This document shows positions 1-7,488 of a DNA stretch of 10,558 nucleotides, piece after piece (positions within the stretch are counted from its first letter, which is position 1; each line of letters begins with the position of its first letter). The notes beneath the pieces are model-generated. The model searched no databases and was not told the origin of the DNA. It saw nothing but the letters and a program-made list of their open reading frames with translations. Source of the stretch: a virus (lineage: Duplodnaviria > Heunggongvirae > Uroviricota > Caudoviricetes); the IMG/VR virus record IMGVR_UViG_3300044845_000732, positions 64,001 to 74,558 of that record. One strand, given 5' to 3'. Made by a program: the position numbers and the translations under genes.

Positions 1-435
1 ATGGGAGAAGGTTATGAGTACGACGATGTTAATGATGTTAATCCTGATGATTTTTATAATGATGAGGATTCGTACAAATATTCTAAATTCAAGAAAAAAG
101 ATTCAGATTACGGAAACGGAGCTATCTTTGATAGTATTTTTGGAGAGTCTAAAGTAGATAAAGTATTATCAAAATATTTTGAAGTTTCTAAAAAAGAAAT
201 TGTTGAGAATAGACAAAAAACTGCGGAAAGAAAAACCAAAACAATTACTGAGGTTAGAAGACAAATGAAATCAGTTGTTAAATTAACTGAAACTATTGAA
301 CAAGAATTAGCTTCTCAAAAATTTTTAGAAGAAAACTTAGGAGCAAAAATTATAGGGAAAACTAATAAAAATAATTTAGTTTTTGAAAATAAAGGAAAAG
401 AAATTAAAATCACACCTGAAGGATTATTGTCATGA
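1..435 (+). CDS. Hypothetical phage protein, probably the 3' part of a longer gene truncated by the window edge
   Basis: Open frame from base 1 to TGA 433-435, overlapping the next start (ATGA at 432-435). It has an acidic N-terminal stretch followed by a helical K/E-rich region. The ATG at base 1 may be an internal Met. Confidence 0.75.
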   Translation: MGEGYEYDDVNDVNPDDFYNDEDSYKYSKFKKKDSDYGNGAIFDSIFGESKVDKVLSKYFEVSKKEIVENRQKTAERKTKTITEVRRQMKSVVKLTETIEQELASQKFLEENLGAKIIGKTNKNNLVFENKGKEIKITPEGLLS

Positions 436-827
436 GTTATTTGATTTACGTAAATGGTTTAGGTCCTAACTATAAAGGGGATAATCTTTACGAATTCGTA
501 TTCTCGGACACTTTAGACGTGTGGGGTGAATCGTGGGATAATCGACCATCTAATGGATATCCTCAACCACCCGATTTAAAATATATTAAAAAAGTAGGAG
601 TTTTGAGAGATACTGATGTAAAATTGGAATTGATTCAAAACTCCGATTTTTTTTCAGTGATGGATGCAATGGATGACATAATTGCATTAGCATGGGAAAC
701 TGATGACGAAAACATTAAGAAAAGAATGGTATTTAGATTTGGAGTTCCGGAACAAGAAATAAAAGACAAACTATACGAAAGAGATTTGGTATTAGAATTT
801 GAAAAGAAAGTTATTTATGAAAATTAA
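432..827 (+). CDS. Hypothetical phage protein (131 aa), likely a globular alpha/beta fold with W/G/P-rich motifs
   Basis: ATGA overlap with the upstream gene and an 11-nt overlap with the downstream gene. Protein-like composition (YEFVFS, WGESW, IALAWE). No family recognised. Confidence 0.8.
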   Translation: MSYLIYVNGLGPNYKGDNLYEFVFSDTLDVWGESWDNRPSNGYPQPPDLKYIKKVGVLRDTDVKLELIQNSDFFSVMDAMDDIIALAWETDDENIKKRMVFRFGVPEQEIKDKLYERDLVLEFEKKVIYEN

Positions 828-1653
828 TATTAAAGCATTAGAACTTATCGAAAAAGGGTTATCCTCAAAAACTGTTGGGAAATTAACAGAATCGCAAATT
901 AATGTATTACATAGTAAACTTGTTAATGAACAAGTAACCGAAGTTCCTGCTAAAAAAACTTATAAAGTAGGTCCATCAGGTGGTAAGGTTGGTAATTTAA
1001 ATATTACACAAGACCCAAACACTAAAGAAGTTATGGTTACAGCAACAGAATCTGAAATGTCTGAAGATGATGATTTTGATTTAGACGCTGACCAAGCATA
1101 TACAGGGCAACAAGGTTCTCATGACGAATATCAAGCGTCTGATGATGGGATGGACGATGACACTTCACCTGAAAATCACGATAGTAAAATGATTGGTATG
1201 TCCGAAGAGAAAAAGAAGTCTAAAAAAGATGAAGATAATCCATGGGCCATTTGTACATCACAATTAGGTAAAGAATTTGGTACTAGAGAAAGACACTTAT
1301 GGAGTGCTAAAGAAAATAATAAATATGAGAGATGCGTTAAGGATGTAAAAAAATCTTTGAAAGAACAAAAAAATCCCGTATCTTTGTTCCTTGAGAATGA
1401 AATTATTAAAATTGTGGAAAGAAATTTACCACCAAAAATAACTAAAAAGGAACTTATGAATTATTTAAACGAGGCAGGTACTGAGACCGCACCGACGAGA
1501 ACAAAACCGACAACAAAACCTGGTACAAGACCAAATCATCCTGGTAAGAATCCAAATCCGGGAACTAATCCGGCACCGAAGGCTAATAGACCATCACCTG
1601 AGGAGTCTAAAGACAAAATTATGGATGTGATTATGCAAATCTTAGAAAAATAA
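817..1653 (+). CDS. Hypothetical modular protein (278 aa), candidate internal head protein
   Basis: The ORF track starts at TTG 799, but the in-frame ATG at 817 (MKINIK...), overlapping the upstream stop, is the more likely start. It contains an acidic tract, an NPWAIC...YERCV module and a Pro/Thr/Lys linker. The stop TAA at 1651-1653 is followed 2 nt later by the next ATG. Confidence 0.8.
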   Translation: MKINIKALELIEKGLSSKTVGKLTESQINVLHSKLVNEQVTEVPAKKTYKVGPSGGKVGNLNITQDPNTKEVMVTATESEMSEDDDFDLDADQAYTGQQGSHDEYQASDDGMDDDTSPENHDSKMIGMSEEKKKSKKDEDNPWAICTSQLGKEFGTRERHLWSAKENNKYERCVKDVKKSLKEQKNPVSLFLENEIIKIVERNLPPKITKKELMNYLNEAGTETAPTRTKPTTKPGTRPNHPGKNPNPGTNPAPKANRPSPEESKDKIMDVIMQILEK

Positions 1654-1655
1654 TA

Positions 1656-2954
1656 ATGGCAAAGAAAATTAAAGAACAATTAGATTACGGGGATAGACCT
1701 GAAAGAATGGACCCAAATTTGGAAAGAAAACTTGCAAGTCCTGAAGGTTTATATGCTCAGAATCCCGCAATGAAAAAGAAAGAGGGTGACGTTCAAAGAT
1801 TAGTTAGTAATCGATTTCAAAAAGTTGCTGAAAAATTAAGTGATGTTACAGGTATTCAAAATTTAAGTTCTCAACAAACTCAAGGTATGATATACCAAGA
1901 GATGATGAGAAAATTACCTAACATCATGAGAATTGAGGCGGCACATAGGGATGAACTTGAAGAATTAGCAATTGAGGCGGCGTTAGAGGAATCTGAAGTA
2001 CCTGTTGATTGGTATAAAATTGAAGCTTATTTAAATAGAGAACCGATTGATACGTCTAACTTTAGAATGAAACCTGAAGAAGAGGATGATGAAGAGGAAG
2101 AAGATGAGGAAGAAGAAATGGAAATTCCGTCTTTTGATATTGAGGATTTAACTGAGGACGAAATTTTTGAATTAGAAAAACATAAAAGAAACATAATTAA
2201 TGCAATTATTCAGGGTGCTGCGAAAAAAGGTCATTATATTTTTCAAAAACCGGATATTAAAGCAAGACTTGACGAAATTGACCCATCTCTTTATGGTGAT
2301 TACTTAGGTATTATGGCAATTAATGATTTCTTATACTTTAGTATGGAACAAATGATTGAAATGATGAGTCAAACAGGTCAAGGAATTGCGGGAAAAGTTG
2401 AATTAGATGATAATGACGAAGAGGGTGAAGAAGGAGAAGAAGGAGAAGAAACTCCGGACACAGTGATAAAAGCGTTTGGTTTAATCTTCCCAATTTTATG
2501 TCATGAAATAATCAAAGGATTAGAAGAGGCGAAAGGTAGACACGGATTACCTAAAGACCCTGAAATGGCTCAACGAGTTATGGGACAAACTGATACATTA
2601 AGTAATGAACCAATGCAGTTGAGAATAGGTCCGGAAATCGTGGAAAGAATAAGGTTTGCATTACCTGATAAAATGTACGAACCTGAGAACAAAGGTTTGA
2701 TAAACTGGTTTCATACTTTGTTATACCAAATTGAAGCCCAAGAGTTTTTAGAAATTATCGGAAACGCAATCTCTGAAGATTCTTCAAAAGTGGCGAAAGC
2801 GACCTCAAAATTTGATGAAATTATGAGAGAGGCAATCAAAATTAAAGAAGAGTTTGAAGATTACAAAGAAGAAGAAGGGATTGATTCTGATGAAGACGAA
2901 GACGACGGATTAGATGATTTCTTGGGTAGTTTAGGTATATCGAGACCTAAATAA
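1656..2954 (+). CDS. Hypothetical acidic protein (432 aa) immediately upstream of the terminase
   Basis: Long ORF tightly coupled to the upstream gene (TAATAATG). Helical segments are interrupted by poly-D/E tracts, and there is a FPILCHEIIKG motif. No family confidently recognised. Confidence 0.85.
   Translation: MAKKIKEQLDYGDRPERMDPNLERKLASPEGLYAQNPAMKKKEGDVQRLVSNRFQKVAEKLSDVTGIQNLSSQQTQGMIYQEMMRKLPNIMRIEAAHRDELEELAIEAALEESEVPVDWYKIEAYLNREPIDTSNFRMKPEEEDDEEEEDEEEEMEIPSFDIEDLTEDEIFELEKHKRNIINAIIQGAAKKGHYIFQKPDIKARLDEIDPSLYGDYLGIMAINDFLYFSMEQMIEMMSQTGQGIAGKVELDDNDEEGEEGEEGEETPDTVIKAFGLIFPILCHEIIKGLEEAKGRHGLPKDPEMAQRVMGQTDTLSNEPMQLRIGPEIVERIRFALPDKMYEPENKGLINWFHTLLYQIEAQEFLEIIGNAISEDSSKVAKATSKFDEIMREAIKIKEEFEDYKEEEGIDSDEDEDDGLDDFLGSLGISRPK
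2418..2450 (+). repeat. In-frame 9-nt tandem repeat (GAAGAAGGA) encoding EEG-EEG-EEG-EE
   Basis: The sequence reads GAAGAGGGT GAAGAAGGA GAAGAAGGA GAAGAA directly. Confidence 0.7.
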
Positions 2955-2967
2955 CCAAAAATGACTT

Positions 2968-4728
2968 TTGAATAATAAAGAACAATTAATAATTGAGATA
3001 ACGAAGTGCATGAGGAATACACCCTACGCACTTCGTACTTATTTACAGACATACGATAATACGGTATCAAAATACGTACCGTTAGATTTATTCCCCGACC
3101 AAGTATCCTTGATTGAGGATTACGATAAATACAATGAAAATATTGCCCTTAAGTACAGACAGGCAGGTGTATCTACTGTGACAGCTGCTTGGGCATCTAA
3201 AAAACTTGTATTTGCAAAAAAAACTAAGCCTGAAAAAATTCTAATCATCGCCAATAAATTGGATACGTCCATGGAGATGGCAAATAAAATTAGAAGTTTT
3301 ACCGAACAATGGCCTAGTTGGGTTGGAGTAGGTTTTTCAAACGAAAAAAATGCACAACGACATTTTAAACTAACAAATGGGTGTGAGGTAAAAGCAGTTG
3401 CGACATCTCGAGATGCATTGAGGGGTTATACCCCAACTATTCTTATCTTTGATGAGGCGGCGTTTATTGAGGCTGACGGAGATTTTTGGTCAGCGTGTAT
3501 GGCATCCCTATCTACCGGGGGTAAAGTAATTGTAGTTTCCACACCAAATGGTTATGATGCAATTTATTATGAAATTTATGACCAGTCACTTAGAAACATG
3601 AATGACTTTAAAATTTCTGAAATGTTTTGGTACCGTGACCCTCGATATACAAAAGATTTGTATATGGTTAAAACACACGATTTAGTTCACTTTTTATTAA
3701 ATAGGGAAGAATATAACCTTGATGAGGTCATTATTGACTTATCAATGACTAATCCATTTGAAAGAGACCATTCAATTGTAACCAAATATATTGAAGATGG
3801 GTACAAGCCATGTTCTGCTTGGTTTGAAGGAATGGTAAAAAAATTAAAATATGATAGACGTAAGGTTGCTCAAGAGTTAGAATGTAACTTCTTAGGTTCC
3901 GGAGATAACGTATTTGATTCTGATTTGATGCAAGACATTGCCAAAAATCAAGTTAAAGAACCAATGGCTAAAATGATGGGTGGTGGATTATGGATATGGA
4001 AAGAACCGGAAAATGGACATAAATATGTTATGGGTTGTGATGTATCTCGTGGTGATTCTGAAGATTTTTCAAGTGTTGAGATTATTGATTTTGATACTAG
4101 AGAACAGGTGTTAGAATATGTTGGAAAAGTTCCTCCGGACATTTTAGCGGAGATTGCATATAAGTGGGGTACTATGTATAGTGCTTATTGTGTTGTGGAT
4201 ATTACAGGTGGTATGGGAGTTTCAACAGCAAGAAAACTACAAGAAATGAACTATCAGGGTGGATTATATGTTGATGGTGTTGATACAACCAATAAGTGGA
4301 AGTATGACCCAAAAATAAATGAAAAAATCCCGGGAATTAACTTTAATTCAAAAAGAGTTCAGATTATTGCAGCGTTTGAAGAAGCGATGAGACATAAGTT
4401 TAGAATTTATTCAAGTCGTCTTTATAACGAAATGAATACGTTTGTTTACATTAATGGACGACCTGACCATCAAAAAATGCATCATGATGACTGTATTATG
4501 AGTATTGCGATGGCAATATATGTTGCGGAAAAATCATTCCAATCATTAGAAAAAGTTACCAACCATACCAGAGCAATGTTAAATTCTTGGTCTACTGCGG
4601 TAAATGAAAATAAAAACTCATCTGAGTTTTTTAATCCAATGGTACCTCAAATGGGTAGACAACATCCAATAAACCAAGGAGCCACTAGGGAAGATTACCA
4701 AAAATATGGGTGGTTATTTGGTGGGTAA
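2968..4728 (+). CDS. terL: Terminase large subunit (T4 gp17-like ATPase plus RNase H-fold nuclease)
   Basis: Adenine-binding region LFPDQ, Walker A-like LKYRQAGVST, Walker B ILIFDEAAF and motif III VVSTPNG. AQELECNFLGS follows, then nuclease acidic motifs YVMGCDVSRG..DFS and HDDCIM. It lies directly upstream of the portal. The start codon is uncertain (TTG 2968). Confidence 0.95.
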   Translation: MNNKEQLIIEITKCMRNTPYALRTYLQTYDNTVSKYVPLDLFPDQVSLIEDYDKYNENIALKYRQAGVSTVTAAWASKKLVFAKKTKPEKILIIANKLDTSMEMANKIRSFTEQWPSWVGVGFSNEKNAQRHFKLTNGCEVKAVATSRDALRGYTPTILIFDEAAFIEADGDFWSACMASLSTGGKVIVVSTPNGYDAIYYEIYDQSLRNMNDFKISEMFWYRDPRYTKDLYMVKTHDLVHFLLNREEYNLDEVIIDLSMTNPFERDHSIVTKYIEDGYKPCSAWFEGMVKKLKYDRRKVAQELECNFLGSGDNVFDSDLMQDIAKNQVKEPMAKMMGGGLWIWKEPENGHKYVMGCDVSRGDSEDFSSVEIIDFDTREQVLEYVGKVPPDILAEIAYKWGTMYSAYCVVDITGGMGVSTARKLQEMNYQGGLYVDGVDTTNKWKYDPKINEKIPGINFNSKRVQIIAAFEEAMRHKFRIYSSRLYNEMNTFVYINGRPDHQKMHHDDCIMSIAMAIYVAEKSFQSLEKVTNHTRAMLNSWSTAVNENKNSSEFFNPMVPQMGRQHPINQGATREDYQKYGWLFGG

Positions 4729-4731
4729 TAC

Positions 4732-4739
4732 TATTTATA
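4732..4739 (+). promoter_or_regulatory. TATTTATA motif, candidate late promoter for the portal gene
   Basis: Lies in the 39-nt gap between terL and the portal. The same core occurs upstream of 6656, 7967 and 9047. Confidence 0.55.
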
Positions 4740-4767
4740 TTACTGAGGAAACAAGTAAATTTATATC

Positions 4768-6630
4768 ATGAGTGAACAACAAAATAATATGACGGTATGG
4801 CAGAGATTGTCCCAAACATTTGGGCCAAATTCTTTATTAAATCAAGATTATCCAACTTTTAAGTTTGATAAGAAGGAGTTATTACGTACCAAAAGTAAGG
4901 AAGAATACGAAAAAGAGAAGTTACAGGCACAACAAACCTTTTACTTAACAAACCAATGGGCGAAAGTTGAGAATAATTTATATTCACAAGCAATCTATTA
5001 CGAACCATCAAGATTATCTGCACAATATGATTACGAGTCAATGGAGTATACTCCTGAGATTTCGGCTGCATTAGATATCTACGCGGAAGAATCAACAACA
5101 ACAAATGAAGATGGTTTTATTTTACAAATTTATTCTGAATCAAAAAGAATAAAAGGAGTATTAGCAGATTTATTTAATAACTCACTTGATATTAACACTA
5201 ACTTACCAATGTGGACAAGAAACACTTGTAAGTATGGTGATAACTTTATTTATTTAAAATTAGACCCTGAAAAGGGTATTGTTGGTGTACAACAATTACC
5301 TACCATTGAAATTGAACGTCATGAAGTAGGTGTTAGTGCAAAAATCTCAACAGATATTACTAAGGAAATGGATAAAGATAAAAAATCACTTCATTTTACT
5401 TGGAAGAATAAAAACATGGAATTTCAATCATGGGAGATTGGTCACTTTAGATTATTAGGGGACGACCGAAAACTTCCTTATGGTACGTCTATGTTAGAAA
5501 AAGCAAGACGTATTTGGAAACAATTATTATTATCTGAGGATGCGATGTTGATTTATCGTACATCAAGAGCACCTGAGAGAAGAATGTTTAAAGTATTCGT
5601 AGGTAATATGAACGATGATGATGTTGAGGCGTATGTACAACGTGTTGCGAACAAATTCAAAAGAGAACAAGTAGTTGATAATAAAACAGGTAACGTAGAT
5701 ATGAGGTTTAATCAAATGGCGGTTGACCAAGATTACTTTATTCCTGTGAGAGACCCATCAGCACCGGACCCTATTACAACATTACCGGGAGCAACAAACC
5801 TTTCTGAGATTGCGGATATTGAATACATCCAAAAGAAATTATTAACCGCTCTTCGTGTTCCTAAGGCGTTCTTAGGATTTGAAGAAGTAGTTGGAGATGG
5901 TAAAAATTTATCATTACAAGATATTCGTTTTGCGAGAACTATTAATCGAATCCAAAAAAGTATGGTTGCGGAATTAAATAAAATCGCGATTGTACATTTA
6001 TTTTTACTTGGGTTTGAAGATGAATTAGATAATTTTACATTAGGATTATCAAACCCTTCAACACAAGCCGATTTATTAAAAATTGATGTTTGGAAAGAAA
6101 AAGTGTTATTGTATAAAGATTTAGTATCTGACCCAGGAAATGGTATTCAAGCAACATCATCTACTTGGGCTAAGAAACATATATTTGGATGGTCTGACGA
6201 AGAGGTTCGTTTAGATTTACAACAACAAAGAATTGAAAGAGCAGTTGGTGAAGAACTTAAAGCAACTGCGACTGTTATAACTAAAACAGGTTTATTTGAT
6301 AATATTGATAAACTTTATGGTAATACTTCAGGAGGAACTGCGTCTGCAACTGCTACTGAAACATCAGAACCGGAGACATCATTTGGTGGAGGTGGATTTG
6401 AAACCGCTGATTTAGGTGGAGGAGAAGAATTACCGCCAGCGGGTGAGGAAACTGTTGCACCACCACCGGCGGGAGGTGAGGCTGAAATAACTCCGGAATC
6501 ACGAATGAATAACTTAAATATGTTAGTTGAAAATAACCTAATTGATGGTGCTCAAATGATTAATTTAGGTCATGGTCAAGATTCTTTAGGAGAAATTTCA
6601 AAAGAATTGGATAAGTTACTAAATTCCTAA
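4768..6630 (+). CDS. gp20: Portal protein (T4 gp20-like) with a long low-complexity C-terminal tail
   Basis: T4-portal-type motifs PEISAALDIYAEE, EDAMLIYRTSRAPERRMFKVFVGNM, DYFIP, TLPGATNLSEIADIEY and ALRVP. It sits between terminase and prohead protease. Confidence 0.93.
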   Translation: MSEQQNNMTVWQRLSQTFGPNSLLNQDYPTFKFDKKELLRTKSKEEYEKEKLQAQQTFYLTNQWAKVENNLYSQAIYYEPSRLSAQYDYESMEYTPEISAALDIYAEESTTTNEDGFILQIYSESKRIKGVLADLFNNSLDINTNLPMWTRNTCKYGDNFIYLKLDPEKGIVGVQQLPTIEIERHEVGVSAKISTDITKEMDKDKKSLHFTWKNKNMEFQSWEIGHFRLLGDDRKLPYGTSMLEKARRIWKQLLLSEDAMLIYRTSRAPERRMFKVFVGNMNDDDVEAYVQRVANKFKREQVVDNKTGNVDMRFNQMAVDQDYFIPVRDPSAPDPITTLPGATNLSEIADIEYIQKKLLTALRVPKAFLGFEEVVGDGKNLSLQDIRFARTINRIQKSMVAELNKIAIVHLFLLGFEDELDNFTLGLSNPSTQADLLKIDVWKEKVLLYKDLVSDPGNGIQATSSTWAKKHIFGWSDEEVRLDLQQQRIERAVGEELKATATVITKTGLFDNIDKLYGNTSGGTASATATETSEPETSFGGGGFETADLGGGEELPPAGEETVAPPPAGGEAEITPESRMNNLNMLVENNLIDGAQMINLGHGQDSLGEISKELDKLLNS

Positions 6631-6637
6631 TATTTAT
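6631..6637 (+). promoter_or_regulatory. TATTTAT motif, candidate late promoter
   Basis: Immediately after the portal stop and 18 nt before ATG 6656. Confidence 0.5.
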
Positions 6638-6655
6638 TTAATAAAATTAAGTGTA

Positions 6656-7354
6656 ATGACCTTCGGAAACCTAAAATCCATAATCGAAAAAAATCTACTT
6701 GAGTCATATAGTGACGAGAAAGATTTCAAAAAATCTTTAAGAGAGTTCAAACATAATGTTCTGAACAATAAATCTATGTCAAAGGCTTATGCATTATATG
6801 ACCAATTAAGTACGCCTCAAGGTTTATCTGAACAGGATGCTAAAGAATTTTTAGAAGAAGGAATTAGTTTATTACATAAAATTTTACCAACAATAAAATC
6901 ACCAAAAAGTCTATCAGAAACAATTAAAAATAATTATTCTGATTTAGATGTATTGGCGTATTCGAACAAATTAAATTTACTTGAAAGAGTAAACGCTAAG
7001 AAGAACATAATTAAAGTTTTAACTACTAAAAAAGAAACGGTTAAAGAATCAATTAATATTCCAATTAAATCGATGGTTAGTATTGCCAACCAAACATTAA
7101 GAGGATATATTGAAAACTTAGATGAAAACTCTAAAAAAGAATTTTTTCAATTAATATCTGAAGACACTAAAACTCTTGAAACTAAATTTGAGACTTTACG
7201 TGAGAATACAATCACAAAACTTAAAGGGATGTTAGATACTGAACAAGAATCTGAAATAAAAACAAAAATTTCTGAAACTATCGATAGATTAAAAGATGAA
7301 AAGTTTGACCAAATGAATTTTTTAAAACTTAAAAATTTAGAAGAATCTATTTAA
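6656..7354 (+). CDS. Helical K/E/L-rich protein (232 aa), putative prohead core / head assembly protein
   Basis: Amphipathic-helix composition. Its position between portal and protease is where T4 carries the core genes 67/68. The function is inferred from position only. Confidence 0.75.
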   Translation: MTFGNLKSIIEKNLLESYSDEKDFKKSLREFKHNVLNNKSMSKAYALYDQLSTPQGLSEQDAKEFLEEGISLLHKILPTIKSPKSLSETIKNNYSDLDVLAYSNKLNLLERVNAKKNIIKVLTTKKETVKESINIPIKSMVSIANQTLRGYIENLDENSKKEFFQLISEDTKTLETKFETLRENTITKLKGMLDTEQESEIKTKISETIDRLKDEKFDQMNFLKLKNLEESI

Positions 7355-7380
7355 TTTAACATATTACATTATAATTCAAT

Positions 7381-7422
7381 AAGTGTTTTTGCTATTCAAA
7401 CGGTAAAAACACTTTTTTTTTT
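7381..7422 (+). terminator. Intrinsic terminator
   Basis: AAGTGTTTTT (7381-7390) pairs with AAAAACACTT (7405-7414), extended by G-U, C-G and U-G pairs. A T run covers 7413-7422. It lies 26 nt after the stop of 6656..7354. Confidence 0.8.
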
Positions 7423-7451
7423 GACATACACAATAATTTCAATTATATTTT
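7420..7451 (+). promoter_or_regulatory. Host-type (housekeeping sigma) promoter for the 146-aa gene
   Basis: TTGACA (7421-7426), a 17-nt spacer, then TATATT (7444-7449). The same bases also read TTTG (7420-7423) - N20 - TATATTTT (7444-7451), a 1-mismatch fit to the Bacteroidota -33/-7 consensus TTTG/TAnnTTTG. Confidence 0.6.
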
Positions 7452-7488
7452 TATTATAACCAATAAACATTTATAATGAAAAACATTA

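Noticed and set aside
799-816. TTG start at 799 given by the ORF track
   Set aside because: The in-frame ATG at 817 gives a shorter, more typical overlap with the upstream stop. The extra six codons lie inside the upstream gene.
3148-3177. Terminase Walker A lacks the GK[ST] lysine (LKYRQAGVST)
   Set aside because: LKxRQxGxST with the Lys shifted upstream is a known variant among phage large terminases, so it does not indicate inactivation or novelty.
4733-4766. 8-nt direct repeat ATTTATAT (4733 and 4759) and a weak TTACT/AGTAA stem in the portal leader
   Set aside because: Too short and AT-rich to distinguish from chance.
5247-5253. TATTTAT copy inside the portal gene
   Set aside because: It encodes F-I-Y and has no nearby downstream gene start. 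Treated as a chance occurrence in AT-rich DNA.
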